From a virus: a stretch of 64,000 bases of DNA. The position numbers and the translations under genes were made by a program. Each line of letters starts with the position of its first letter. Position 1 is the first letter of the stretch. The DNA is taken from the IMG/VR virus record IMGVR_UViG_3300047318_000482, positions 1-64,000 of that record. The stretch is one strand, 5' to 3'. Positions 1 through 9,164 of this stretch are shown one piece after another. Under the pieces are notes generated by a model. The model ran no database searches, was not told where the DNA came from, and was given only the letters and a program-made list of their open reading frames with translations.

Positions 1-38
1 GGGGGGGGCCCCCGGGGGGGGGGGGGAGGCCCGAGGGT

Positions 39-527
39 CTAGAAGGGGGTGACCTGGACGTGGTAGCCGCGCCACGTGTAGCCGAACTGGCGGGCGTACT
101 CGGGTCCGTCCACGGTCATCAGTCGCGTCTTCGCACGGTCGAGGCGGGACGCGGGCAGGTTCGTGCGGACCGTGCCCGGGACGGTGTAGCCGTTCGAGTC
201 GATCAGGCGGACCTCGTACAGGGTTTCCAGGGGCAGGGCGGCCGGCCCGAACGCGACGTAGGCGATGAACCCGAGTTCGGCGTCCCCGACGAGCTGCACC
301 GCGTCGGCGAGGCGCTGGATTCGCTGGTCCTCCATGGCGGCCTCGCGCGCCAGGACCGTCTCCTGGTGGAGGAGGCCGTCGAGGCGGGCGCGGGTGTTCC
401 AGCCGGCCTCGTAGCTGTGGAAGGCGCCCTGGGTGACGAGGAGGGTGAGGGAGTCGATTTCCTTGCGGAGTGCGGCGAGTTCCGTGTGGAAGTCGGAGTC
501 GAGGTGGAAGCCGAGGTTGTCGATCAC
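39..527 (-). CDS. Hypothetical protein (162 aa)
   Basis: GC3-biased ORF, GTG start preceded by AGGGGGA RBS, directly downstream of operator/promoter cassette 1. Confidence 0.7.
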   Translation of the reverse strand: MIDNLGFHLDSDFHTELAALRKEIDSLTLLVTQGAFHSYEAGWNTRARLDGLLHQETVLAREAAMEDQRIQRLADAVQLVGDAELGFIAYVAFGPAALPLETLYEVRLIDSNGYTVPGTVRTNLPASRLDRAKTRLMTVDGPEYARQFGYTWRGYHVQVTPF

Positions 528-567
528 AGGTCCCCCTGGGCCGGGTGGTGGTGTGGTGCGGTGTGTC

Positions 568-599
568 CACCCTAGCGGTATCCCATTGCGTACGCAATA
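568..599 (-). promoter_or_regulatory. Promoter/operator cassette 1: palindrome ATTGCGTACGCAAT (585-598) overlapping -35 TTGCGT, N17, -10 TAGGGT
   Basis: Perfect 14-bp palindrome repeated at 6743 and 21848; sigma70/HrdB-like spacing on the minus strand. Confidence 0.75.
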
Positions 600-624
600 C
601 GTAGGACTGAGGGGCAGGCCACAG

Positions 625-654
625 AAAAGGGGCCCAACCCGAAGGCCAGACCCC
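625..654 (-). terminator. Intrinsic terminator (GGGGTCTGGCC-TTCG-GGTTGGGCCCC-TTTT)
   Basis: Hairpin with G-U pairs, UUCG loop and U-tract, just after the 674-1231 gene. Confidence 0.75.
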
Positions 655-673
655 TAACACCGCGCACGCGGCC

Positions 674-1231
674 TCACGCCGCGTCCACACCATCCCCTCG
701 CACAGGGACCGGATCCCCCGCCTTCCGAGCCCGCTCCTTCACCCGCTCCCACGTCCGAGACACCGCGTCCTCCGTCATCCCCAGCCTCTGAGCAATCGCA
801 GCCCGGGGCATGCCGCGCCGATGACCAACCTCGATCGCCATCCGTCGCTCGCTGACCGTCAGCGGCACCGGCTGCCCGGCACCAGCCAGCGCCCGGTGAA
901 CCGCCACCACGTCCACACCAGCCAACTGCCGGCGCAGCTTCGGAGAGACATCCCGCAACGGCTTCTCCACCCCGGACTGTTCCGACGGGCTGATCCGGTT
1001 GCCGTTCTCATCGAAGTTCACCCACGCCAGCGCCTCCCTCACCCCCCTCTCCGGGTCCGCGAGGGCCGCCAGAAGCACAGCCATACCCTCCAACTCATGC
1101 CGGGTCAGGCCGGACAGACGCTTCTTGACGTCGTCCGCTGACCCCTCGTGCACGTCCACGATCATGCCCGCGGCCTCGGGGAGCAGGGCCTGTGCCATGT
1201 CGCCGCGCTGCTCCAACGTCAACTCGCTCAT
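674..1231 (-). CDS. HTH DNA-binding protein (sigma region 4-like C-terminus), 185 aa
   Basis: Start MSELTLE overlaps the whiB stop (ATGA); C-terminal MPRAAIAQRLGMTEDAVSRTWERVK HTH. Confidence 0.65.
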   Translation of the reverse strand: MSELTLEQRGDMAQALLPEAAGMIVDVHEGSADDVKKRLSGLTRHELEGMAVLLAALADPERGVREALAWVNFDENGNRISPSEQSGVEKPLRDVSPKLRRQLAGVDVVAVHRALAGAGQPVPLTVSERRMAIEVGHRRGMPRAAIAQRLGMTEDAVSRTWERVKERARKAGDPVPVRGDGVDAA

Positions 1232-1683
1232 GCCGTCAGCTCCTGGCGCTCCGCCTTGAAGAAGTCCACGGCCCGGCGGACGATCTCGTACGAGACGCCC
1301 ATCTCCTCGGCCACCACCCGGCGCGGCACGCCGCGGTTCACCTCGGCCTCGATGTAATCCTGTTCCTCCAGGCAACGCAGGAACGCGGTCGGACCGTTGC
1401 GGATCATTCCGCGCCGCTCCGCCTCCGTCAGCCCGCCCCGAACACCCGTGTAGTCGCCGTCTTCCAGCGCGGCGTCCAAGCACTCCTCCCGCACCGGGCA
1501 GCGTCCGCAGACCTTCTTCGCCTGCCGCTCCATCTCCGCCACCTGGCCGCCCCTCCCGGACGGGAAGAAGATCTCCGGGTCGGTGGTCCGGCAGTTCGCG
1601 TCGTCTCGCCAGTCGTAGTCGCGGGTGAGCAGTCGCGCGGCACGATTCCTGGCGTGGCGGGTCGGCGTGTCCGTCGTGGTCAT
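1228..1683 (-). CDS. whiB: WhiB-family Fe-S transcription regulator with extra C-terminal HTH
   Basis: W..A.C..DPEIFFP...AKKVCGRCPVREECL...GVRGGLTEAERR four-Cys WhiB signature. Confidence 0.92.
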   Translation of the reverse strand: MTTTDTPTRHARNRAARLLTRDYDWRDDANCRTTDPEIFFPSGRGGQVAEMERQAKKVCGRCPVREECLDAALEDGDYTGVRGGLTEAERRGMIRNGPTAFLRCLEEQDYIEAEVNRGVPRRVVAEEMGVSYEIVRRAVDFFKAERQELTA

Positions 1684-2225
1684 GAGGTGGCTCCGGGAAG
1701 GGTGTAGAGGCGGATGATCGCGCCGGGCTCGGAGAGGGCTTGAGGGTGTTCGTCGGGGTAGACCTTGCGGATCGTCAGTTCGATGATCTGCGAGTCGTCC
1801 CTGATGACTCCGGACTCGGATAGGGAGTCGAGTACGGCGCGGGCGTGGTGGTCGATATCGGTGCTGGAGCGGGTGATGGGCCAGGTCTGACGGCGCTTGG
1901 GCGCGGTCGTGGGCTTGGAAACGGTGATGGTGATGTCGATGGCGGTAGGGATGTTGGCGTAGAGGCCGTGTTGGTTCTTGATCACGCCGCAGACGAAGCA
2001 GTTGCCGGCTCGGTCGGTGTAGCCGTGTGCTCCGGTGGCTCGGCGTGCGGCGAGGATGATGTCGCGGCGCCAGGGCTTGAGGACCTTCTCGTTCGTGTGT
2101 TTGGCTCCGCGTCCTTTGCCGAGGAAGCTGATCTGTCCCTGGCCGGCAGGGGTCCCGTAGGCGACGATTTCGGCGACCTGCTGCCAGGTGGCTTCGGTGG
2201 CCGTCTCGGGGGCGGTGGTGGTCAC
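1680..2225 (-). CDS. rusA: RusA-family Holliday junction resolvase
   Basis: GTPAGQG N-terminus and DIDHHARAVLDSL..GVIRDDSQI catalytic region; GTG start coupled to upstream stop. Confidence 0.8.
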   Translation of the reverse strand: MTTTAPETATEATWQQVAEIVAYGTPAGQGQISFLGKGRGAKHTNEKVLKPWRRDIILAARRATGAHGYTDRAGNCFVCGVIKNQHGLYANIPTAIDITITVSKPTTAPKRRQTWPITRSSTDIDHHARAVLDSLSESGVIRDDSQIIELTIRKVYPDEHPQALSEPGAIIRLYTLPGATS

Positions 2226-2431
2226 TGGGTGAGCTCCTGGAGGGGTGTGCCGCCTCGCATGTAGGTGGCGTGTCCGGGTCGGTGGCCTACGTGGTGGAGG
2301 CCGCAGTATCGGCAGGGGTACGGGCGGAAGGCGGGGCCTCCTTCGCGGCGTATCTGGTTTGCTCGTCGTTTGGCTGCTCGGCGGGTGAAGAAGCGGGTCT
2401 TGCCGAGGCAGGACACTTCTTCCTCGGTCAC
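2222..2431 (-). CDS. Small Zn-binding phage protein (69 aa)
   Basis: CLGKTRF..RRAAKR...RPYPCRYCGLHHVGH; GTGA overlaps on both sides. Confidence 0.65.
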   Translation of the reverse strand: MTEEEVSCLGKTRFFTRRAAKRRANQIRREGGPAFRPYPCRYCGLHHVGHRPGHATYMRGGTPLQELTQ

Positions 2432-3474
2432 CCGGTCTCCGTCGGGAAGGCGTCGTGGGTGCGGCCGTCGAGTTCGCGGCCGGCGTTCTTCTTGCCGACG
2501 CGCTGAACGCATGCCCAGCCTTCGGTGTGGTCGTTGTGGTCCCAGTCGCCGTGGCTTTGGGTGCGGCCGTCGGCGGGATGGACGTAGCGGACGCGCTTCT
2601 CGTCCCAGGTGGAGGCTGTCGCCTTGGCGTCGCTGGTGAGCTGCACGCGGTCGGCCCACTCTCCGTGCTGCTTGTAGAAGAACGGGACGTGGCTCTGCTT
2701 GCACTGGTCGCGAAGGGAGCGGGCCCAGTCGGGGTGCATGGGACGGGCTTTGCGGCCGGACTCCCCACCGACGATCACCCAGTCCAAGGCGCGGATGTGG
2801 CCGCTGTCGCAGTTGGCGTCGGCGCAGGGGGCGCAGGCTTCGTCGTGTCCCTCTCCCTCGCAGCAGGAGCAGGTCTGCCAGATGTGCTCGTCGATCCATA
2901 CGGGGCCGAGGAGCGGTTCGCAGGACAGGAAGCGGACTGCGGCCGGGGTCTGGGTGAGGGCGGGGATGCGAATGTCGGCCCATTGCTGGTTCTCGACGGA
3001 GACGCCGAGCCACAGGTTGGGCAGGGGCCAGGTGAAGTCGCTGATGGCGAGGCCCTTGCCTTGGGCGCGGTGGCGGACCTTGTGGACGAAGGCGGGGTCG
3101 TTGAGGAGGCTGCGCATGCGGCCGTGGCGCTTGGTGAGGAGCTGGAAGGTGTGCTTGCGGGCGGCGGCCATGACGCCGAAGATCTCGGCGATCCACTCCT
3201 TGTCGATCTCGTCGTGGAAGAGGTCGCTCATGGAGTTGACGAAGACGCGGGTGGGCTTGCGCCACTTCAGGGGGTCGTTGACCTTGTCGGCGCGGATCTG
3301 GACGTCGAAGCCCCTGGGGAACGCGGCGTGTCCGCGGAAGCGTTCGGCGATGGTCTCCGCATAGCAGTTGTCACAGCCCGCGCTGATCTTGGTGCAGCCG
3401 GTTGCAGGATTCCAGGTGCGGCCGGGGGTTCCGTCGTCGTTGCGGGTCCATTCGATGGTCGTGGTCTCAGCCAT
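2428..3474 (-). CDS. DUF5131 / phage Gp37-Gp68 family three-Cys (radical-SAM-like) protein
   Basis: TIEWT..TWNP.TGCTKISAGCDNCYAE, VFVNSMSDLFH, LLTKR, WLGVSVENQ, FLSCEPLLG, WVIVGGESG, FFYKQ.G motifs. Confidence 0.92.
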   Translation of the reverse strand: MAETTTIEWTRNDDGTPGRTWNPATGCTKISAGCDNCYAETIAERFRGHAAFPRGFDVQIRADKVNDPLKWRKPTRVFVNSMSDLFHDEIDKEWIAEIFGVMAAARKHTFQLLTKRHGRMRSLLNDPAFVHKVRHRAQGKGLAISDFTWPLPNLWLGVSVENQQWADIRIPALTQTPAAVRFLSCEPLLGPVWIDEHIWQTCSCCEGEGHDEACAPCADANCDSGHIRALDWVIVGGESGRKARPMHPDWARSLRDQCKQSHVPFFYKQHGEWADRVQLTSDAKATASTWDEKRVRYVHPADGRTQSHGDWDHNDHTEGWACVQRVGKKNAGRELDGRTHDAFPTETG

Positions 3475-3691
3475 GGGGCTTCTCCTGGGAAGGTTCGGGG
3501 AGTCCGAGAGTCTGGGCGAGGGAGCTGCACGCGTCCCGGTCGTTGGCGGGGTTGTTGATCCAGCGGGCGACGAGGGCGAGGCGTGCGCGGTAGATGGCGA
3601 GGTCGTTCTCTGCGCGTGCGAGGAGGTCGGGGTGCCTGGCCTGGAGTTGGCCGGCGAGAGTGGCGACGTAGGCGGGCGTGTGGTCAGCCAT
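3467..3691 (-). CDS. Hypothetical protein (74 aa)
   Basis: Overlap-coupled ORF within the operon. Confidence 0.6.
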   Translation of the reverse strand: MADHTPAYVATLAGQLQARHPDLLARAENDLAIYRARLALVARWINNPANDRDACSSLAQTLGLPEPSQEKPHG

Positions 3692-4019
3692 GGCGGCCCT
3701 CGGCGAGGACGTCGGCGACGGTTCGGCCGCGGTAGCTCATGCCCTGGGCGAGCTGCTTGGCCAGGCAGAGCGCGGTGTCGAGGTCGTAGAGGTGCTTGGT
3801 CCTCCAGTCGGCTTCGACTTCCTCGGCTTCTTCCCTGCCGAGGTCGTAGGACCAGGTGCCGTCGGTGGCGTAGTAGCGGAGGAGGTGCTTGATGCCGTAC
3901 TGGCCGTCTCCGCGGTAGTGGACGTTGATGGTGAAGGTGTGGCGGTCGTCGTGGCCTTCGGGGAGGCAGCTGACGACGTAGCGGGTTGGGAGGGCTACGG
4001 CTTCGGGGAGGGCGGTCAC
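3684..4019 (-). CDS. Hypothetical protein (111 aa)
   Basis: Overlap-coupled ORF, GC3 bias. Confidence 0.65.
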   Translation of the reverse strand: MTALPEAVALPTRYVVSCLPEGHDDRHTFTINVHYRGDGQYGIKHLLRYYATDGTWSYDLGREEAEEVEADWRTKHLYDLDTALCLAKQLAQGMSYRGRTVADVLAEGRHG

Positions 4020-4615
4020 GGCTGGGGGTGCTCTTTCGCGGTTTCGGCGTCGCTGGTGCGGGCGGCGAGGCCGTCGGCGATGGCGGCCAGGGGCAGGGGC
4101 TGGGTTGTGGTGGTGGTCTTCTTGGTGGCCTGGACGGCGTCGGCGGCGGTCTGTTTGGGGGTGTAGTGGCGGGTGTGGCAGTTGACGGCGTGGGCGGCGG
4201 CTGTGCGGAGGTCGTGGGGGGTGTGGATGGGGGTGCTGTGGTGGGCGCCTTGGGCGCAGGGGGTGAAGGCGTGGAAGGGGGCGGTGCTGTTGTCGTCGGG
4301 GGTGTAGGCGAGGAGGGCGCCGGAGGGGAAGGTGCGGGCGGCGGTGCCGTCGGGGCGCTGTCGCCAGTCGCGGATGAGGCCGTGGGGGAGGCCGTGGGTT
4401 TTGGCGGCGTGGTAGGCGGCGATCTGGAGTTCGGCGATGAACTCGGGGGTGTCGCGGGTGGGGAACGGGGCGGGGGTCTTGACGAGGGACAGGGCGGGCG
4501 GGGCCGTGGTGGTCTTGCGCGGGGGGCGGGGGGTGCGCTTGGTGGCCGGCTTCGCGGCGGGGGGCTTCTTCGCTGTGGTCTTGGCGGTGGTGTTGCGGGC
4601 CCTGGTGCTGGTCAT
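4016..4615 (-). CDS. Hypothetical protein with basic Lys/Thr/Pro-rich N-terminus (199 aa)
   Basis: Start MTSTRARNTTAK with GGAG RBS; coupled stops/starts. Confidence 0.6.
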   Translation of the reverse strand: MTSTRARNTTAKTTAKKPPAAKPATKRTPRPPRKTTTAPPALSLVKTPAPFPTRDTPEFIAELQIAAYHAAKTHGLPHGLIRDWRQRPDGTAARTFPSGALLAYTPDDNSTAPFHAFTPCAQGAHHSTPIHTPHDLRTAAAHAVNCHTRHYTPKQTAADAVQATKKTTTTTQPLPLAAIADGLAARTSDAETAKEHPQP

Positions 4616-4743
4616 GACTGTTCTCCGTCCTGCGGATGTTGGTGCTGTTCGGTGGTGCTCCGGTGTTTGTGCTGGTGGGGGGTGGTGAGGAGGAGTGCGG
4701 TGAGGATGCCGATGGCGGCGGCGATCCGGTCGGGCCAGGTCAC
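4612..4743 (-). CDS. Small single-TM peptide (43 aa)
   Basis: VTWPDRIAAAIGILTALLLTT; fills the gap with 4-bp overlaps on both sides. Confidence 0.45.
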   Translation of the reverse strand: MTWPDRIAAAIGILTALLLTTPHQHKHRSTTEQHQHPQDGEQS

Positions 4744-5441
4744 GGCTGGAGGGCGCCGTTGACGGTGGCGGTGACGGTGAGGGCCGGCAGCTTGGTCGCG
4801 TTGGCGCGCAGTGCCTTGAGGCCGTTGATGTCCTGGGCCGTGTACTGGGATGCCTTGGTGCTGGTCTTGTAGCCGCCCCAGACGTCGCCGCGCATGAGGG
4901 GGGTCGGGCTGGTGGTCCAGGTGGCGGGGTGTGCGAGGCCGACGGAGTGGCCGAGTTCGTGGCTGACGACCTCGCCCCGGTAGATCGCGTTGGAGCCGGC
5001 GAGGGTGACGGTCTTCCAGTTGGTGAGGGCGAAGGTGGCACGGGATCCGTCGGCGGCGCCGGTCGCGGTGTGGCATTGGCTGCCGGTGGAGCGGGTGACT
5101 GTGGAGGTGAGGCGCATGTTGATGACGCGTCCGGTGGGGCAGGCGGTGGCGCCCTTGGTGATGGTGGTGGTGACGGTGAAGACGACGCCGGTGTTCTTGC
5201 CCAGTTCGGCGGCGGTGCGCTTGGCGTAGGGGGTGAGGGCGGTGCGGGAGGCGGTGTCGTAGAAGACGATCTGCCAGGATCCGGTGCCGAGATACTGCAT
5301 GCCGTTGCCGGTGGCGATCTTCCAGCCGGTGCCCAAGTAGGTGCGGGTGAGGCTGGCACTGTGGGCGCGGCCGGGTGCGGCGATGACCGCTGCGGTGGCG
5401 AGGGTGAGGGCGAACGCGGCTCCGGTTATTCGGGTTCTCAT
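4740..5441 (-). CDS. Secreted metzincin (matrixin-like) zinc metalloprotease, 233 aa
   Basis: Signal peptide MRTRITGAAFALTLATAAVIAAPGRAHS; HELGHSVGLAH zinc motif; Met-turn PLMRG; YTAQDINGL C-terminal helix. Confidence 0.85.
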   Translation of the reverse strand: MRTRITGAAFALTLATAAVIAAPGRAHSASLTRTYLGTGWKIATGNGMQYLGTGSWQIVFYDTASRTALTPYAKRTAAELGKNTGVVFTVTTTITKGATACPTGRVINMRLTSTVTRSTGSQCHTATGAADGSRATFALTNWKTVTLAGSNAIYRGEVVSHELGHSVGLAHPATWTTSPTPLMRGDVWGGYKTSTKASQYTAQDINGLKALRANATKLPALTVTATVNGALQP

Positions 5442-5449
5442 GACGGGTG

Positions 5450-5788
5450 TTACCTCCGGGTGCGGCGGCGGGTGTGGAGGGTGGAGGTCTCGCGGCCCTG
5501 CTTGCGGGCGAGCCAGGTCTGCGCCTGCTCGATCTGGGTGGCCTTGGCCTCTTCCTCGGCGAGGTGGTGCTGCAGGTTCTCCAGGGCGGCGCGGGCGTAG
5601 CCGGCGGCGTACAGGTGCTGGGCGCGGCTGGATGTGGGGGTGATGAAGTCGAGGGCGTGGTGGGCGAAGTCCTGGAGGGTGGCGGGGTGGTGGCGCTGGG
5701 AGTCGTCGTAGGCGTCGGCGCGGCCGCGGGCGAAGTCGGGGTTGAGGGAGAACGGGGGCGGGTTGTGGGGGATCGTCGTCTGGGTCAT
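5450..5788 (-). CDS. Hypothetical protein (112 aa)
   Basis: Start MTQTTIPH, GC3 bias. Confidence 0.6.
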   Translation of the reverse strand: MTQTTIPHNPPPFSLNPDFARGRADAYDDSQRHHPATLQDFAHHALDFITPTSSRAQHLYAAGYARAALENLQHHLAEEEAKATQIEQAQTWLARKQGRETSTLHTRRRTRR

Positions 5789-5802
5789 GGCGTGAGGGCC
5801 TT

Positions 5803-6240
5803 TCAGGCGGCGGGGGTCTGGACGGCGTGGGTGTTCGCGGCGCGGAGGATGCGGCCGATGACCTCGGGCACGGTGGGCGGGCGGGTGTCGGTGGCGTATC
5901 CGAAGCGGGCCCAGTTGGAGACGTGGGCGATGTAGTTCGGGACGAACAGGCCGGGCGCGACTTCTTCTTCGTCGACGTGGGAGTCGAGGGCGTCGGACAG
6001 GACGCGGAGGGCGGCCATGGCGCCGGCGGAGGCCTCGATGAGGCGGATTCCGGCGAGTTCGTCGGTGAAGAACTCTTCCGGGGTGCTGAGGGGGCCGCGC
6101 CATTCGGCGATGGTGAAGGCGAGGGCGCAGATGTCGAGGCGGTCGATGTGGCCGCGGGCGCCGAGCTGTTCGCCGCGGTGGAGGCCGTCGATGCCGATGA
6201 CGGCGGCCATGTCCTGGAGGGTGGCCTGGGGGTTGCGCAT
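5803..6240 (-). CDS. Hypothetical protein, DUF6197-like (145 aa)
   Basis: GLHRGE..G...LDICALA and HVSNWA..PT..EVIGRILRAA pattern; AGGAG RBS. Confidence 0.55.
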   Translation of the reverse strand: MRNPQATLQDMAAVIGIDGLHRGEQLGARGHIDRLDICALAFTIAEWRGPLSTPEEFFTDELAGIRLIEASAGAMAALRVLSDALDSHVDEEEVAPGLFVPNYIAHVSNWARFGYATDTRPPTVPEVIGRILRAANTHAVQTPAA

Positions 6241-6315
6241 GGCGGTTCTCCTGGGTTCTTCACCCGGCCGCGTCGGGCGTCTGTGTCCCGTCACGGCCGG
6301 GGGGCTTGGGGTGGG

Positions 6316-6648
6316 TCAGTCCTGGGCGGGGGCGGGGTGCCGGTCGGCGCACAGGGGGCACTGACGGATCGGCAGGTTGAAGCCGCCGGACTCTTCGATG
6401 GTTCGGGCGTCGGGGTGGTCGTTGTCGAAGACGGCCGGGCAGACGCAGGTGCAGGAGCAGCGCAGGACTTCGCCGCCGTACTCGATGTGCAGGCCGGCGA
6501 GGGCGGCGGCGCCGAGCATGAGGGCGTTGTATTCGCCGGCGTCGCTGGTGTCGTCGGCCTGTTCGAGGAGCTGGTCGAGGCGGGTCTGCTGGGCGTGGGT
6601 GAGGTCGCGGTAGTCGACGCTGGTGGGCGTCTTTTGGGTGTGCGTCAT
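6316..6648 (-). CDS. Cys-rich hypothetical protein (110 aa)
   Basis: CSCTCVC and CPLC motifs; first gene after cassette 2. Confidence 0.65.
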   Translation of the reverse strand: MTHTQKTPTSVDYRDLTHAQQTRLDQLLEQADDTSDAGEYNALMLGAAALAGLHIEYGGEVLRCSCTCVCPAVFDNDHPDARTIEESGGFNLPIRQCPLCADRHPAPAQD

Positions 6649-6725
6649 CACGGCCACGGGTGCTCCTGGGGTGCGGGTGATGGGGCAACTGCCCTCAGTG
6701 GGGGTGCTGTTGCCTTGGTGTCTCC

Positions 6726-6757
6726 ACACTAACCCCTATTCCATTGCGTACGCAATA
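6726..6757 (-). promoter_or_regulatory. Promoter/operator cassette 2: ATTGCGTACGCAAT (6743-6756), -35 TTGCGT, N18, -10 TAGTGT
   Basis: Same palindrome and orientation relative to the downstream operon as cassette 1. Confidence 0.75.
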
Positions 6758-6776
6758 GGCGCGTTGTGAGGGCATG

Positions 6777-6810
6777 AAAAAGGCCCCGGCCCCCACAGGG
6801 GTCAGGGCTT
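6777..6810 (-). terminator. Intrinsic terminator
   Basis: AAGCCCTGACCCC-TGTG-GGGGCCGGGGCC-TTTTT on the minus strand. Confidence 0.7.
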
Positions 6811-6835
6811 CCTCAGGCCGGGATACGGCCGGCAG

Positions 6836-7081
6836 TCAGGAGATGGACCGGTCACCGGCCTCTCTCGCGTCGACCTCCTTCGCGTGAACGATCAGGAGAT
6901 CCGACCAGGAGGCGTAGTTGCTGCGGCCGCGGTGGATCACCTCCACGCCGTGCTTGTCGCACCAGCGCCTCAGCGTGCGGGTCCGCACCGGATGCCCGGT
7001 CCGCTCGAAGAGGGCGGACGCCTCGTCGAGGCTGACTTCGTCCAGGGACTCGGCGGAGGGGCTGAGGGTGCTGACGGCCAT
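6836..7081 (-). CDS. Small MerR/excisionase-like HTH protein (81 aa)
   Basis: VSLDEASALF....V.TRTLRRWC....V...RGRSNY winged-helix pattern; GGAGG RBS. Confidence 0.6.
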   Translation of the reverse strand: MAVSTLSPSAESLDEVSLDEASALFERTGHPVRTRTLRRWCDKHGVEVIHRGRSNYASWSDLLIVHAKEVDAREAGDRSIS

Positions 7082-7208
7082 GAGGCCTCCCATTGATCAG
7101 CGGCCACAGTTCGCAGCTCCGGCGGCCGATAACGGGTCGGACCAGTTCGGTCCGATTGTGGTGGTGAGGTGAAGAAGTGGTTGGTGTGTTGGACACGTGT
7201 ACCCAGGA

Positions 7209-7766
7209 TTAGGTTGCGTCAATGCTCCGGATTTTTTGCCGGGATGCGATGTGCTCGAAGGCGAGGCGGGCCAGGGTCCAGGTGGAGGACAGGCCGTCGT
7301 CCGTCAGGCAGCGCCGGTTGGTGCACAGGACCCGCCCGAGGGCCTGGCGGTAGAAGAGGCTGAAGGTGTTGCAGGACGGGCACCGGTGGGGTCTGACCAC
7401 GTCGAAGTCGCGGGTGCGGATCGCGTGCTCGAGGTACTGGCGGTAGATGACGGTGTCGCGGCGCTGCTGCTGGACGTCGTCGGCGTGCTGGGTGCGCTCG
7501 CGGCACCAGTCGTATACGGCGTCGGCGCGGGTGGGGGCGGGCCCGGCGGCGGGGTTGATGCTGCGGGTGTGCTGGACGACCTCGTCGACGGCGGCCTGGA
7601 TGTAGGGGCCGGTGCTGGTGTCGATGGGCAGCGGGGGGAAGACGCGGGTGGGCCGCGGTTCGGAGCTGATGTAGGAGTGGCCGGCCGGGCCGGTCACGGG
7701 GTTGTCGCGGAAGTAGCGGGCGACCTCGGCGAGGCGGTGTGCGGCGCTGTCCGTCTCCTGGCCCAT
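7209..7766 (-). CDS. Zn-ribbon protein (185 aa), possible transcription activator partner
   Basis: CPSCNT...VLCTNRRC motifs. Confidence 0.6.
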   Translation of the reverse strand: MGQETDSAAHRLAEVARYFRDNPVTGPAGHSYISSEPRPTRVFPPLPIDTSTGPYIQAAVDEVVQHTRSINPAAGPAPTRADAVYDWCRERTQHADDVQQQRRDTVIYRQYLEHAIRTRDFDVVRPHRCPSCNTFSLFYRQALGRVLCTNRRCLTDDGLSSTWTLARLAFEHIASRQKIRSIDAT

Positions 7767-8010
7767 GGGCGTCCCCGTCCCTTAGGCGGTCCCCGGGGGG
7801 CGCGGGACGTCCTCGCTCGTGCAGGGGCGCGCGCCCGGAGGCCGGATTCTGTCACTCCGGGTGATTCCGGACGCCCCATCATGGCATGCAAGTGGCGGTA
7901 GTTGAACGCTTCGTGAGAAAAGATCAACGCTCGGTATTGAATCGGCGCAGGCGCCCGCCGACCGCATGACATAAATCCCCGGCATATGCGGACAATGCTG
8001 TGGTGGGCCG

Positions 8011-8427
8011 TCAGATCAGGCCCGGGGCCTCCCGCATTCCGCCGACGACCGACTGGAGTTCCGTCAGTTGGTCCTGGTTGATGATGCCGGTCGCGTGACT
8101 GCCCTCGAGGACCCGGCCGACCACGTCGACGGTGTTCCGGAACACGGCCGCGACTTTCTCGTCGGACAGGCTGTAGCCGAGGAGGTTGAAGGATTCCTCG
8201 AGGTACTCGGCGAACTCGGCCTGTGCGGTCCGTATGGCCGGGGCCGGGGGTGGTCCCGGGTGGTGCGGTTCTGCTGCTGATCTCATTGTCGCCCACCTTC
8301 CCCGTGCGGCCGCGATGGCACCGTGCCGACGACGGCCGTGCCGGTTGATGTCGATTACGGCTGCGTCGTCGCCCCCGTTCACGCTCACGTACATGCGGGC
8401 GGGGTCGGCCGGCTCCACTGCGGGCAT
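8011..8427 (-). CDS. Hypothetical protein (start uncertain)
   Basis: Helical C-terminal ~90 aa with good codon bias. Confidence 0.5.
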   Translation of the reverse strand: MPAVEPADPARMYVSVNGGDDAAVIDINRHGRRRHGAIAAARGRWATMRSAAEPHHPGPPPAPAIRTAQAEFAEYLEESFNLLGYSLSDEKVAAVFRNTVDVVGRVLEGSHATGIINQDQLTELQSVVGGMREAPGLI

Positions 8428-9164
8428 ACGGGTCCGCCTCTCCGGCAGAGTGTCGGGAAGGGTCGTCCTGCTTGCGCCGGACGCTCCGCGGTACGGCTGC
8501 CAGTCCGAACCTTGGGATGTTCAGAGTCGCACCGATTCACACAAGTGGGTAATGACGGGGTCACTTTTCACCGTGTCGTGACCGGATTCTTTACTAGGGT
8601 GGCCCGTTCTCCCGTTACAGGTAAGGCCTGTTGGGCCGAAGACGCCTGAACTGATCACCGCGATGGTAAGAGGCGTGCTGTCCGACGGGCGATACCGGGG
8701 CGGCGGCCGCGTCCCGGGAGGGGGGTTCGGGGAGGGCATGCCGGTGTGATACACGGCAGTGTAGTCACCGACCTTGCCACGGGGTAGAGCCTTGCCCCAC
8801 CGCTTTCCGCACCCGCTCCGGTGGTGTCCGGGTGTCCGGTGGTGGCCGGGCCGCCATGACCGAGGACGGGGTTCTAGGGGGCTGCGAACGGGCTGGGGGC
8901 CCACCCCGGCGATACCGCGCCCCGGCTGGCGGCCGGCCACCCATCACCGTGGGGGGGCAGACCCGATCAACCCTGAGTGCATACCCGCACGTGAGGGAAG
9001 GGGGCGGGCCGGGGATCACTCGAACGGCTGACGCATAAACCCTGGCAACACCCCGCATATTCGACTGATCGTCAATAGCGTTTTGGTGTACACCCCACGG
9101 GCCCCGCCCCGCCATGGTCGAACAGGCGAAAGCGGGGCCCGTGGGGTCCTGCGGGATGGGCCGG

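Noticed and set aside
1-38. G-run at the left edge as a linear-plasmid telomere or cos end
   Set aside because: No Streptomyces telomere palindromes; it looks like a low-quality contig end, probably a garbled terminator hairpin after the first ORF
8430-9160. Long intergenic region as ncRNA or origin
   Set aside because: Apart from one degenerate parS-like palindrome, no repeat or fold could be supported
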